DNA of 64,000 nt from Chrysomallon squamiferum (GCA_012295275.1 CM022676.1:8184001-8248000), one strand, 5' to 3'; shown: positions 1-19,162, counted from the first letter of the stretch. Translations and numbers: made by a program. The notes: a model not told the origin generated them from the letters alone.

Positions 1-170
1 TTTTTTATTTCTACAGTCACATTGTACTGAAACATCTAGCGATACCGCCACGCTTTCAAGCCTTGAAATGCTGTATTATTAATTAACAGCATCTTCACTG
101 AATTAAAGTCAATACGTAAACTAGAAATTATACGTGTGTGCGAGTGTGTGTGCTACTGCTATTATTACTA

Positions 171-221
<51 letters not shown>

Positions 222-2185
222 TGTTTTCATTCAAAGCGTGTATCTAGCAGTGCGTGAGTCAGATTACGTACATAAAGTATTCTATACCTTGATTTCTATC
301 TGTTTAATACGTTTTGAATCTTGGTTTGATTTCGATCATCCGACCGTAGATGCTGTAACTTAATTATGCATAACTACACGCAAGAAGCGGAAGGGTAAAT
401 TAAATAAAATCGCCATCTTTCAGAATTGTACGCTAATTATCTGTTAGATGAGACCATTGACGTGTGTACATATATGTACGTATACACACAAACATACAAA
501 CACACAGACATACACACAAATATACACACAAACTTACATATATATAAACAAGTATACACACAAACGTAATATACATGCATGAATGCACTTTTTTGTGCAA
601 TTTCCTAAGACAAAAGATAAAATAGAGAAAGGCCACAGGAATATACGTGTGTGTGTGCGTGTGTGGGCGTGTGCGTGTGCGCGCACACAACAACTGAACG
701 CTGCCATTTTATCTTTTCGTAACTGGAGTCGTGACGTCATTGTGTGTTTGGCAGACTGTTAGCTGCATTTGTAACAATAATAATAATAATAATAAAAATA
801 ATAATAATAATAAAAAATAATAATAATAATAAATATATAAATAAATAGATAAATAAATAAATAAAAATTACATATCTTAAGCAACGCTGGTACTGCCATA
901 AACAGCTCCGTTAAAATCTGTCTTGTAAAATCACTGGAGGATCACTTACAGAACAGTAATCTTTTTTTTTTTTTTCTTCAGATAATAAATTCGTTTGAAG
1001 TGATAAATTAGAAGATCTGAAATGTTAATGTTTAGAGTGTGGGGTGTCATCTTCATCTTTCAGCAGTTTTCTTCATTTTTTTGACTTACACTCTTAGTGC
1101 TAGTATGAGCTGCACCTTCTTTATTATGTATCAAAAATGAGTACTCCCTAGTCCTGACACCCTGGCTCAAAGCACTTTACGATGTGAGTACTTCTGAGAT
1201 AAAAACTGGACGGACGATGAATTATAATGTAGTAACAGTAGTAACAAAAGTTAATGTTGTTCTGACGTGACTCGATCAGAAGCTGAATTTCACTTCGATC
1301 CGATTTAAGAATTGACTTTTGAGAAGATGTTTCTGAGAACCTGTTTGAATGTGGTGAGTGGACTTTATGAAGCAAATGTCAAACCATAGAAGAGAATGAA
1401 TAAAAGGAAAGGTGCACCGAATAACCTGCTATTATTTACTACGTATGTAGTACACTTTATAAAGTTTCAAACATATCAAGCCTAACACTAATGAAACACA
1501 CTTATTCCATCGTCATTTCCAACATAAAGATAATACAATACAATAATAATTAATATTAACAATAAAACCTTGCTTACTGTATGGAGACATTGAAGAAACA
1601 TATATACGCATACATATACACACAGTTCCTATTATATTGGTTTCACTGTATACTATTGTTTTGTATTAATTTCATAGATTAATGTAAAATAGTTCTTTAA
1701 ATACAAAATGAAAAACAAAACTGAATAAAATATGAACCTGAAAAAAAAAAATAATAATAAAAAAAGTAAATACGTATATCTGCCTTAAAGTTAATCTTCG
1801 GATTTCAAATGCTATTTTCTTTCATATAATTATTTCATTTCTTAATCTTCGTAATCAGTAACTCCTTTTATATTGTCTGAATGTGTAACAAACTGTTATG
1901 AATTATAAATATATGTTTTACATACATCATAGAAACTTTTACAATTGCACGTAACTTTCTATCCTTTCATTCTTCTACGCTCAGATGATAACAATGATAA
2001 ATCACACATGCATCACTGCATAATTTTAACGATCAGACGCGTTGGTATAATCACTGAGTAACAAACCAGCCTGGAGATTAAATAGATAAATAGTCGATAT
2101 TAAGAAAAGAATACAATTACAAGTAAAGAGAATGTTCATTCGTTCAGAACCTTTGAACATTCTCAAACTACTTGCACTACTGAGC

Positions 2186-2677
2186 ATGCACCGTAGCAAA
2201 GTAAATGTATTTTTACTTTTAAATTTATCTATCTGGATGATGTGCATTACCATAAACTATGGAAAAATGAAAACATTTAAGAAACTTTCTAATTACGTAA
2301 AGAAACCAGTGGAATACACCATTTGTCGAATGTGGAGCGGACGAGTTACCACGGAAACGGATTGTGCGAGAGAATGCTCCCATCGTGTCTGGTGTCGTTT
2401 GTTCGTCTATGACGTCACTAACGGTTCGTGTTCTCTCTACTGTGATTTGATGATGGAAGCGAATTTGAAGCTGGATGATGATCTAGTAGCTTATGCGGTC
2501 AAACCAGGTGACTGTAGTTTAAAAAGATAATTCTTTAAAACATCCTAACTGAACAGTTTTTATCGTTGTTTTCTTCTACTTCTTCTTTTTCTTCTTCTTC
2601 TTGTAGTAGTAGTAGTAATAGTTGTTATTATTGTCATTTTGTTATTTTTATCATTACTGTTAATGTTGTTGTCATAC

Positions 2678-2741
<64 letters not shown>

Positions 2742-3546
2742 GTTATTATTATTATTATTATTTAGAAACTGGAATGAAGGGATTTCCTTGCACGTCCTCG
2801 ACACAGTGTTTGTTTGATCATTCTGTTTGTAACCGAGGAATCTGCTCGTGTGCACTTGGATACAGCTACAGCCCCAGTAACAACACGTGTGTTAAAGGTA
2901 ACGTATTTTCAAAATACTGCTTTCTATACGTTATCGTTCATGATGTTTTTAATACCAGAACTGGCCATTAATTAAACTGGTGTTTCGATTCTGAAATCCT
3001 GATGACATTTGTCAGCCACACTTCTCTTTTGGTATAATACTACTACCACTACGACTAGTTTTACTACTACAACTACTACCACTATTACTACTATTGATAC
3101 TAGTACAACTAATACCATTCCTACTACTGTTAATGCTATTACATCTACAACTACTACTGCTATTATTTATATTACTACTTCTACTATTGTAACAACTTAC
3201 TTACTACTATCACTGCTACTGCTGCCGCTGCTGCTGCTACTACTACTACTACTACTCATACCAGCTTATTTTCCAATATTTTATTTTTTCAGAGTGTTCC
3301 AAATACGCTTCTGATTTCACTATCCAGGACGGGGTTTACATAAAAGAGAACAACATCTTTCAATTAACTGACGTCAGCTTCAGCGACTGCTGGAACTCGT
3401 GCGTATCAACGACGTCGTGTATCTCCTTCGACTACCACATTTCCAACAGTTGCTATGTACAGTTCGTGACCTGGTTTCAAGTGAGCTCAGATTATCGCAA
3501 GTTTAATCAGTTTAGTGTTTCGTGTCAAAAGGACTGTGAAGTTTAA
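2186..3546 (+). CDS. Secreted PAN/apple - EB (EGF-like) - PAN/apple domain protein, 3 exons, ~235 aa
   Basis: Exons 2186-2507 (upstream in-frame ATG also at 2132), 2766-2897 and 3293-3546, all GT-AG phase 1-1. The N-terminus is hydrophobic (VFLLLNLSIWMMCI). PAN-type Cys patterns are DCARECSHRVWCRLFVYDVTNGSCSL and DCWNSCVSTTSCISFDYHISNSCYV. The EB-type exon reads CTSSTQCLFDHSVCNRGICSCALGYSYSPSNNTC. Stop TAA is at 3544-3546. Confidence 0.8.
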
Positions 3547-3556
3547 AATACACCTC

Positions 3557-3900
3557 TGAAATACGCATTTGAATTAACACGAACATTGAAATACGTATTT
3601 GAATTAACGTTAATCTTAAAATACGTATCTGCCTTTATTTGAAGTTTGAGGTAAGTATCTGAATTAAAGTGGTCTTCGAAATATGTATTTGAATTAAAGT
3701 GAACTTCGAAATACTTATCTGCCTTAATGTGAACCTTGAAATACGTATTTGAATTAACTAGAATCTTGAAAAATTCATCTCTGATTTAAAGTGAATACGG
3801 AAGTACGTATCTAATTTAATGTGAAATATGAAAAGCGTCTTTGAATTACGCGAACTTAAAATAATACATGAAATTTGACATACATATCTGGATAAATTTG
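3557..3900. repeat. Degenerate ~30-bp minisatellite (GAAATACGTATTTGAATTAA core) in the 3' flank of the PAN gene
   Basis: About 10 imperfect copies of gaaatacgtat(t/c)tgaattaa spaced roughly 30 bp apart. Confidence 0.7.
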
Positions 3901-4080
3901 TACACCAAATATCTAAAATAAAAATGAAATGAAATAAAATGTAAAAAAAAAAATGTTTTTGTGGTTTTTATTTTGTATTTCTCTAGTTACATTTTGCATG
4001 ATTATACACACACATACGTTCACACACAAATATGCACGCACGCACACAGACATATACACAAATATTTATGGCTGCACAGA

Positions 4081-4149
<69 letters not shown>

Positions 4150-4706
4150 GGTAGAAAATACACTGTTTTGTAACTATCAACTGATATTTTGAATTAGACG
4201 ACCACCATTATGTATTTGTTTTCCACAAACTATATTTACTTGCTTGTTCAAAAATGCTTGTCTCTGAATTGTTTTGGGTGTCTGTGTATGTCTACGTGTG
4301 GTTGCTTGTGTATGGATTTTTTATGAGCGTGTCTGAATCTCTGTGTGTATGTGTGGTTTTTGTGTAAGGATGTGTTTGTGTGTGGATGGTCTGACATAAA
4401 TGGAAATGCCAAGAAATTTTCATTAATATTTTCTTTCTTTCAAAGACAGCATGGCGTCAAAAATAGATGATATTCATGGATAAAGATTAACGATTTTTCT
4501 TGTAGGACATTTTATTTATTTATTTATTTATTTGTTTGTTTGTTTGTTTATTTAATTATTTGTTTATTTATTTAAGTTAAACTGTACTTTTTGTTATAAG
4601 AGAAAGAAATATTCTAAATATACTCTGCCTGATTGAAACTTGTTTTATTTAACAACAACTGAGTGGAGTTTAAAACCAGCTGGGCATCGCCATGCTTCTG
4701 TAGTTG

Positions 4707-4802
4707 TGACGTCACCATCTACTGGGTGGACCGATTTTTGGCAGAATAAAAACAGCCATCATTTCGCCATTAACTATGACGTCACTGCACCAGCTTATAA
4801 AG
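4707..4802 (+). promoter_or_regulatory. Putative promoter/enhancer: two CRE palindromes plus a TATA-like box
   Basis: TGACGTCA at 4707 and 4777 and TTATAAA at ~4795, in a locally CpG-richer patch. Confidence 0.35.
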
Positions 4803-4888
4803 GGTTAAAGTTGCTTATTAATTTTATATTTTTATAGGCGTACGAAACACTAAAATAATTTGAAAGTATATATATATTGTTCGTAATT

Positions 4889-4939
<51 letters not shown>

Positions 4940-5545
4940 AATTACGTCAGTGTTTGAAGAAGAAGAAGATGGAAGCAATATAGGAAGGTAGGAAGGAAGG
5001 AAAGAAGAAAAACAGTCCTACGTAAAATTGTAGAATGTAATATACGAATACTAATACTAATACTACTACTAATAATGATGATGATGATGACGATGATGAT
5101 AATAATAATACAGTAAACGAAAAAAGAAAAAAAAAGGAAAACTAACAACAACAGTAATAAATTAAACGACTACAATAACAACCACAATAGGATAAATAAA
5201 TAAATAAATGATATTAAGAAAAAAAGATTTATAAAGTATTGCACCTTGGTTTTTATTTATTTGCGAATATTTAATAATTCATTTTAAAATACCCAATTGA
5301 AAAATAAAATTTAATTCGAATTTATTTAGTATAAATAAAATATTTATTGATCTACGAATGTTTATAGTTTCTGCTAATTGACTTTCAAAAGATAATTTTA
5401 TTGCCTCCGTACAAATATTATTTATTTCTTTATTTCTTTATTTATTTATTTATTGACAGTATTAGACACGGTCTTTCCATTATTAGTGTTTTCACCATAA
5501 AACAGAGTTACTCCCCGTCGACCGTAAATATAATTCTCGGAAATC

Positions 5546-5579
<34 letters not shown>

Positions 5580-5801
5580 GGAACCCGAAGTAAGAAAATT
5601 ATTTATTTATTTATTATTTCGGCCTGGCATAGAATTTATACACGTTATGAACAGTTCATTTATTTACACTTTCGTTATTATAAATATTCATCGACTTGCC
5701 TATCAACGTCATAAAGCTGATAAGTATTAATTTCCTGACGTCCATGCTGACGTCATAATATTAATATATCGTGTGTCAGTATTTTAAATGCTATCAATGT
5801 T

Positions 5802-5835
<34 letters not shown>

Positions 5836-6505
5836 CAACAACAATAACAACAACAAAAATATATAGTCGACATTTTACTAAGGGACATAGATTTTACCAA
5901 TGGGGAAAAAACGGTTTCCTCCACGTCAGTGGATTATAAAGACAAAAGTACCCAGGTGAGAAAGAGGTGTACTGAAGTGGAACCGAAATGCCAAGACAAA
6001 TGTATTCAGGTCGGAGAACCCTGTACTCAAATGAACCGGGAAATTCAAAATGATGTGGCGAAATACAACGTAAACGTGACAACCATGTGTATATTGTAAG
6101 TAGTAAAAATGTATACAGAAATGAATAGGGGAAAGGTGTGGTTATTTTCTGGTAGACTGGCAATTAAAGTAATCAGTAAGACTGTAAGAGTGAAAACAAT
6201 GTAACTGAATGAAATAATCGAAAAGTTTCTTGAAGTAACATACCCCAAAAATATGTCATAATGTAGAGAAACGCCCAACTGCATACCAATATTTTGATCA
6301 GGTGACCAAACTAGGCGATAACTTTTGGTGATCATATTATTACGTCACTGAAAAGGTTATATTTTGGAAACTTTGTAAACAGACTCAGGACCTAATGGCG
6401 TAAAAAATTGTTTTGTATCTACTATAATTCTCGGTTAAAAATGGCATGCTCTCGCTAAGCAACTTAAATTTTCACTTGTCGTATCATCCATTACTGTCAC
6501 CGTAA

Positions 6506-7160
6506 ATGCTTACAATTCGTGTGTTTATTTTAAATCAAGGGAGGTAAGTAGGTATGCAATATATCCCGTTCTAACAAGTGTCTTACATCAATGTGTATAT
6601 CAAATGCTTAGGTAGCTGCTTTAGCTTCTACAGGACGGTTCATGATGCATATAATTATTATGAGATCTCAAAAATAAACAAGTATTGCCCGTACGGAAGT
6701 CTTACCTCGCTCGCTTTTATCAAACCATTTCATAAATATGTAATAAAATTTGAAACATGAATATTAATGAGCAGCCTCCGCACGACACGCCCCTCTACAT
6801 TACCACGAACTAACGACATTTTCCCAGTCTGTCTAAAAGCGATCAAATCGTGCACCGCCCTCCCTCTCGGTTCCGCTCCTGATTTCGCGCGTTTCATTTT
6901 ATTATTAATAGGATACTTCTTTCAATGATTCTTCCACTGCCCTTTTTATGGTTAAATTACCTCGAGATACGACGTATGGACGGAATTACAGACGCAGTGA
7001 CAGCTTTATGTGGCGAAGGAGAACGAGAAGACATACAAAGTTGTTTAATAGACTTGTTAACACAACCAGGTGACTATTTATGTTTGTTTGTTTTTTTGTT
7101 TTTTGTTTTTTATACTAATAGTAATTATTATTATTATTATTGTTATTGTTGTAGTAGCAG

Positions 7161-7195
<35 letters not shown>

Positions 7196-7979
7196 GTTTT
7201 GTTATGATTATGATTGTTTTTGATATTGTTATTACTGTTACTATTATTATTATTATTATTATTACTATTGTTGTTGTTGTTTTTATTGTTTTGTTATTAT
7301 TACTGTTTTTGTTATTATGGTTATATTGTTGTTGGTATTATGACTGATTATTATTGTTTTTGTCGTGGCTGTCATTATTATTATTATTATTATTATTATT
7401 GTTGTTGTTATTATTCGCCACTCCTTTTAAAAACAACATTATACTGATTTACCCCAACTTCCAGTGACAAGTGAACAACAAAATGCAGACCCGATCAAAA
7501 AACAGATTTCGGATCTGGAAAAAACCGTTTCAAAAATTGCTGATGTCCTCAACAACTTTGAGATTTACCTGGACGAACTAATGGACGAGAGAATCCTGTC
7601 GCCCTTCAACGAGAACCCAGAAACCGAGAGAGTCGAAAACCAGTTTAAAAAGGATGCGAAGGGAGATAACCAGATGGAACGCGAATGGGCGCAGTATGAA
7701 GAAACCACGACAGAAGTCGACCCTATCCACAAAAATGGCGAGCCGGAAATCTGGTCACGTGAGCATGACAAGAACATAGACACTGACCTCTTGAACTCTG
7801 AACGTAACAACTACGGGAACAACGACGATGGCAAAGAAACATTTAATATCGAGATTGATGAGGACGACGCTGATGAAGGAACGGTCGTTGTTGTCAGCCC
7901 GTCAGCTATACTGAACGCGCTGCTGCAGCTACAACATAATTTGACCAATTGGACGTCCGAATTAGAAGAAGACAGATGA
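6506..7979 (+). CDS. Coiled-coil receptor family member A: putative secreted/truncated form (leader, two-Cys module, acidic helical region, no TM), ~236 aa
   Basis: Exons 6506-6543 (AG|gtaagt, phase 2), 6912-7069 (phase 1) and 7465-7979. YLEIRRMDGITDAVTALCGEGEREDIQSCLIDLL is clearly paralogous to YLTIREMDGITDAVTDLCVQGKREYIRECLRDLL at 53830-53939. The C-terminal HNLTNWTSELEE resembles TNTTNWISKFEQ in that paralogue. Confidence 0.65.
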
Positions 7980-8031
7980 AACGGAACTTGAAGGAGTGGA
8001 ATTGACATCTTGTTACAACTGATATACCTGT

Positions 8032-8143
<112 letters not shown>

Positions 8144-9132
8144 ACACAAAAAATATCCATCCATCCCTCTCTTTCTTTGTACGTATAATAGAAGGTAAAC
8201 ATTGTGTATGTATATGTGTATGAAAAGAGAGAGAGAGAGAGAGAGACATATGTATAGATAAAGGAATAAATAAACAAACTAAAATAATTATATCTATATA
8301 ATTTTATTAGTATTTTTCTTATTACACTAACAAAATACAGTTTGCTGATTTGAATTATTTAAAATATTGAAACAAAAATTATAATAAAATAAAAACTACA
8401 GAACAGTATGGCAGACAGCAAAACAAAGCGGGGAAGAAAGCAGCCTAGTTGTTAGTAAACTTATGTATTTATAAAACTGAGGATATATAAAACAAATGCA
8501 TAAACTACTCACACCATTATAAACAAATGAATTACAATTTCACAAATGTCCTAAAGTTCACAGTTTTGCATATAACTAACAGACAGACATTATATCAGAA
8601 ATCAGAAGAAATATTATGTCTTAAAGACAAAGACATTTGATAAGATAAAGAATAAAATTACACATACATGCATGTATATGTATCATTAATTTATTATCTA
8701 TTCTAATTAAACACGCAAATCTAAGCACATATCTATAGCTATTTTCACACACACAGACACACATTAATAAAACAAATTAAAAATTAAATTTAAGTATATA
8801 AATCCACCTGTGAAATGGTGTGTACTATAAGCTCATGTAATAGGTTTTCTCCCTTGAATTGCAGGACATCTTTGTGTTGAGGCCTTTCTTCTTATTATTA
8901 TTCTTTAGATTTTATTTATTTATTTACTATTTCCACACCCCCATATACACTGTTCAGGCCTTTCTTATTTCTTATTATTATTATTCTTTTAGTTTTATTT
9001 ATTTATTTACTATTTACTATTAAGTAAATATATAAATAACGATTAGTAGTCACAAATACATGTTTAAAAAAGAATTAGACACTTGGAAAAGGCTTAGAAC
9101 AAATAAGAGAAAGAATAAAATGAAGCAGAATG

Positions 9133-9195
<63 letters not shown>

Positions 9196-9419
9196 CTGTG
9201 GTATGAAATTTAATGAGAATAATGTGGGTAAGAGAGAGGAAAGAAGGAAACTTGTAGGTAAGACAGGGAAGGGAGATAACTCCTTATTAACATATTCAGT
9301 CACTGAATCACAGTGGAAATGTGACTGAAAGTCCTAAAGGATGCTGAAAGTGAAACTGGAAGAGAAGGTGAATGTCAAAGAGGGAATTCCATCAAAAGTC
9401 ATGATTGAATTTTCAGTGT

Positions 9420-13919
<4,500 letters not shown>

Positions 13920-13930
13920 TTGCTAGAACT

Positions 13931-13994
<64 letters not shown>

Positions 13995-14259
13995 TAACAC
14001 TAACAACAACAGTGGTGATGATGATAATACAAAAAACAGTAAGTACTACTATTTCAAATTTGTAAAAATTCAAAGTGCTATAGAGTGGGATATCTGACAG
14101 TCTAGCAAACATAAAACGAAACACACTTATATATCAAGGTGAAATTGTCCTTGTAAATTTGAATGACCAACTGACCCCTCCATCATACATGTTGACCACT
14201 AGTACTGACCAATGACTAACATCATCACTTGTCAGCCATTACCTTAGACAAACAAGTAT

Positions 14260-14412
14260 TTACAGTCTGTGTAACAAACATGGTAAAGAGATGTAGTTAC
14301 AGTCTGTGTAACAAACATGGTAAATAGATGTAGTTACAGTCTGTGTAACAAACATGGTAAATAGATGTAGTTACAGACTGTGTAATAGTTATGTAGTTAC
14401 AGACTGTGTAAC
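14260..14412. repeat. 38-bp tandem repeat
   Basis: ttacagtctgtgtaacaaacatggtaaatagatgtag repeated 3 times plus truncated copies. Confidence 0.75.
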
Positions 14413-14483
14413 AATCATTCATTGACTTTTTTTTTATGTGTTAAAATTTAATTAAAATAACAGTTATGACTTCTTTGTTCGAA

Positions 14484-14537
<54 letters not shown>

Positions 14538-15178
14538 CAAATAAAAAAATGTTCAGTAATTCATACAGTATTAACATGTTTATCACTGGACATTTTAGGT
14601 TTTAAAACTGTTGCCATTTAGAACAACTGTTAAAACTGTTCAGTAAGTGTGGAGATGTATTAATTCAGTTGCTAAATGAACAAAATATATCACTTAGTTA
14701 TTATATCTGTGGTGTATGTTTACAATAAATATCTCATTGAAATCAAAATCTGCACTTGACTTGTTGAAACTGATTAATGTACAGGGAGGAAACATCATTA
14801 CTTTATATTAATAAATATTGATTATTATAACTTTTATTTTGTATTTGATCACTATGAATAAACAAAATTTTAAAAATATTAACGCTAGATTAAATGAACA
14901 AACATTATTATTTTATCTATTTACTTTAGTTTAAAGAAATAAACAAGAAATCTACAAAATTTCATTACAATAACATTTTGAAAAAACAACTAAAAAAAAA
15001 GAAATTAAATAATAATAATGTTTTTGAATAGGATAACAACTTTAAAAAAAAAAAAAAAAAATAAATAATAATAATATCCACACATGAAAACAGTAACTGC
15101 TTCTGTCAAAGACCTAATGTAATTATTTCAACATTAAATTTTATCATATGCAAACATTTATACAAGATTAATAACTAG

Positions 15179-15210
<32 letters not shown>

Positions 15211-17439
15211 GCTGAAACAAAACCCAAAGAAAAACAACAAAGGCAGAATCTGGAATGTGATGGCCAACTATAAGCAGAAATTGTTTTACTTCTATATATT
15301 GAACATGACAAAACTCATTAACTACACACAACTTTAGCACCAATTGTTTCTGTCTTAAAGTGTTTCTTTAATAATGTTAAAAAAGAACAATTCATCTCTT
15401 CACAGATGAAAATACCATTTAATAAAATTGTCTAAACACAATAAAAGCACTGCATTTTTAAACCAGCATCGTTATATACGAAATGATTTTTAACAATCAT
15501 AAAGTATGACAAGAAAATAATAATCTCTTAATGATGCATGCATGCATAATAATAATAATAATAATAATAACAATAATAATAATTACAACAACAAGAATAA
15601 TAAAAACTGGAGTATAGAAAACTGGAGTGACAGTAACATTTTAAGTACCTTCAAAGGGACATTTTAAAGAAACACTATAAAGAACTATTTTTAAAATAAA
15701 GATGTAAATTTTGCTCTAAAATATTTTTCTCTTTCCCTGTTTAATAACAATAATTTTAGAATCTAGGAAATATGCAGCAGATTAAAATTTTGTGTTTGTG
15801 TGTAACTGAAAGACAAACCAGAAGTTAAATATGAAAAAAGATTAAAAAATATAAAAATAAAACATATATTGTAACATAAGTTTAGCAATCCTTCTTTCAT
15901 GTTGAAAGCTTTCACAGAGTGTTATTCTGTTAAGTAAATGAAAATAAAAATAAAAACAAAAATGATAAGAATAAACACAAAGAAATAAATAAACAAATAA
16001 ATAAATGTAATACAAAATAACGCACCTAATGGTGAAGATTAGCTTAACTTTATGAACTTCTTTGAAATTCAAAGCTTTCACATCACAGATAATAAATTCA
16101 TAATGCAATTTTTTAAACGTAATTTTTCTTTCGACTAACTTCGTATTACTGCTAACTATAAGAACTTTTTAAAAATATGTAATAGAAAATTCATATTGTA
16201 AAATTAATCAGAATTAGCATTTTCCCTGTCTTGGACAGAACTTATCAGGTTAGTGACAGATATTTTCTCATGGAAATATATACAAATCACCCACTTGATG
16301 TTGTTAACTCAGTATTTTTCTTGTGGTCATTATTTTTTATTTATTATTTTTTTCTTCTTAAAATACAATCACAGCCGTAATTATTTCCAAGAGTACAAAA
16401 CTTGGTTCACCACTGGATCATTATATTTTATATTTAAAAAAACAAACAACAACAAACAAACTAACAATTACATTCTCTTATTTGGTCGACTAGGTGACGT
16501 AAAATGAGTGCCGTCTTCATTCCAAAACATGTTAACATCGTGAATGTAATCTTCACTGAACTACTTGAAACCATGCTGACGGCCTTTCAAAGATATAGTG
16601 GTATCACTTAAAAAAGCCAGAGAAAAATTCACCGGCAGGTCGGACAATTTAGCCTTTTATCTATGTGACCCGGCCGCCATTGCTTTAAGCTTGCATAACC
16701 TAACAATAATTGGGTTACCTCCCTTCTGGGGGCGGAGTTATGTTTGCTGCCTGGATAATGGGAACACGTCTCTAGATGAGAGTACATTATTTAATGATAT
16801 TTTAAAGCGTGCAGGCAATAAATGTATGTATGGAAAAAAAAAAAAAAAAAGCCTGAGTCACACCACCAACCAAAAGTGTTACAAAATGACAGTTACAATG
16901 AAAATTTGGTCATGGAAGAGCACTACACTGCATAGACACGCCCTCTGGCCTGTCACCTGACGATTTGTCACGGCACGGCGATTGAAAATCACTGTTCTCT
17001 TCTATACGCGGCAACTGAGTATAGCATTCGTGAAAATATCACGAATATCTTCTGTTTAAAACATTTTAATTTTTTTAGCAGAGGGAGTTATTATTATTAT
17101 CATTACAAGGTTAATATCGTAATACCAACATATAGAAAATGTTTATTCAAATTCATCTTATTCAAGCACAACATACTAGAAAGGTTAACAAGCAAATGAT
17201 GCACTTAGCTGTAATATGAAAAAATATTGCATTTTTTTTTTTTTTTTTTTCTGCTGTAAAGTATAATATATTCAATAAAATACATATGCATAAATTCCAA
17301 TACCAAATTTAGGGGACAAAATGAACCACATCGTAACGAGAAGAAAACGACACTTTTGGCTAATAGTCGTTAACGCAGTGGTTATGTTGTAGTTCGTCCC
17401 ATTTCGCCATCAATTTCGCAGTAACAACAAAATAAAAAC

Positions 17440-17688
17440 AAACACTGACGTGTTCTGACGGAAGCAACCTCGAATGGTTTCAGTTTGATTACACTAACAC
17501 CTCATACGTTCCTACGTACGTACGTACGTACACACACACACACACATTATCGGAAAGCGGGAAACGGGTTCCATAGGTTTCGAGTCTCGTCAACGACATC
17601 CAACTCTAATCATACGTACGTATGCCAGAGAATATTGATACCTAAATACCTAAATATGAATACATACACAGACATGCAGAGGCCTAAA

Positions 17689-17747
<59 letters not shown>

Positions 17748-17880
17748 ATATATATATATGTGTGTGTGTGTAAATCTAATTTTAGAAACCTACCTCAGTT
17801 CGTTGTCACACTAAGAACTTTGTCGTCGCATTTGCCTGTCGATTACTGGATACTCACTTAAATAGCGACTGAGGTAAAAG
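17440..17880. promoter_or_regulatory. Putative bidirectional promoter / 5'-UTR exons shared by IFI44-like copy 1 and receptor member B (repeated at ~38980-39435)
   Basis: CpG-richer patch with a minus-strand donor GAG|gtaggt at 17794 and a plus-strand donor GAG|gtaaaa at 17873. IRF-like GAAAGCGGGAAAC (~17553) and GTTTCAGTTT (~17477) are also present. Confidence 0.4.
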
Positions 17881-18144
17881 AAACGATTAGAAACTAAAAA
17901 TAAAAAAAGCGTGATAAACTTCTTGTTGGAAAGTAAGTAAATAAAAATAAAAGTTTAAAAACAGATTTAATTTATAATTACGGTAAATTAACAGAAAATT
18001 TATATGAAACTATTTCGGTGTGCGTGTGAAGAATCATTGTGATTAGGCTAGTTGCGATTTCCCCGTTCGATATATGAGACAAAACAAGGAAGTGTATTCG
18101 GTCAGTAAACGTGAATAGACGTTTTTGAACACACGTTCGCCCTG

Positions 18145-18651
18145 ATGTCTAATTCATGTGACGTAAAGCCTGAATCAAGGACAAAAGATGTTAATATGAA
18201 AATTCGAACGACTCAAACAATACAGAGTTAGCGACTGCAAATACTGCAGAAAACACCCCGAAGAAAGATACATATACCCAAACAACGATCGGTAATGAAA
18301 CCTCTGAAAAGAATAACGAAAACTGTGAAAATAAAGTTGAGACGAATGACGGTGATGTAAATGGATCTAATGAAATAAAAGGTGTTCAGGACGTAAAATA
18401 TGAAAAGGAATCTTTATCAGCATCGACAAGTAATAAAAGTATTCAGTGTTCGCCAACGGTAGAAAACAGTTATAACACAAATAAACCAACAAACAACGCT
18501 GGGCTCTCTGAAGGATCTGTACTTGAACAGAAAAGTAATACGTGTGGTGAGGGGCCCTCAGAAGGATTTAAACAGCGCATGCGTAATTTTTTCTTAACTG
18601 TTTGGAAAACAGATGTTCACTTCTTTATGGCATACACGGCGATAACGTAAG

Positions 18652-18709
<58 letters not shown>

Positions 18710-18758
18710 ATCACGATAGAATGTGGTGATTATTGAGACAAAAAATAAATGAACTAAA

Positions 18759-18793
<35 letters not shown>

Positions 18794-18962
18794 ATCATGA
18801 TAGAGTGTAGTGATTATTGACACAAAAAATAAATCAACTAAAATGTTATTATTATTATTATCATTATCAACATCATCGTTGTCGTCGTCGTCGTCGTTGT
18901 TATCTAATAACTTCATTTATTTTCTGTATTGTTACCAGTTTCTGATCTCTTTTCTGGTCTGT
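18145..18962 (+). pseudogene. Frameshifted/truncated copy (or allele) of the 5' exons of receptor member B
   Basis: Matches 39707-40453. It has a 1-nt deletion at ~18190 (gatgttaatatg versus gatggtaaatatg), the exon-2 acceptor is lost (tttctgtattgtt versus tttcagggttgtt), and it runs into the N gap. Confidence 0.65.
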
Positions 18963-19162
18963 NNNNNNNNNNNNNNNNNNNNNNNNNNNNNNNNNNNNNN
19001 NNNNNNNNNNNNNNNNNNNNNNNNNNNNNNNNNNNNNNNNNNNNNNNNNNNNNNNNNNNNNNNNNNNNNNNNNNNNNNNNNNNNNNNNNNNNNNNNNNNN
19101 NNNNNNNNNNNNNNNNNNNNNNNNNNNNNNNNNNNNNNNNNNNNNNNNNNNNNNNNNNNNNN
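18963..19162. other. Assembly gap (200 N)
   Basis: Run of N. Confidence 1.

Larger units (their letters stand above)
15482..18962 (+). repeat. Duplicated block X, near-identical to 37086-40453
   Basis: Collinear high identity over ~3.4 kb. This copy ends exactly at gap 1 and the other begins exactly at gap 2. Confidence 0.9.

Noticed and set aside
5894-6335. Minus-strand ORFs 5894-6163 and 6045-6335
   Set aside because: No recognisable domain or consistent splice structure; the region may be promoter or repeat sequence upstream of member A.
16505-16960. ORFs 16598-16960 and 38109-38432 in a GC-richer patch
   Set aside because: The frames differ between the two copies (61-bp indel, poly-A length change) and no domain is recognisable. 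This is more likely an interspersed repeat or regulatory DNA.
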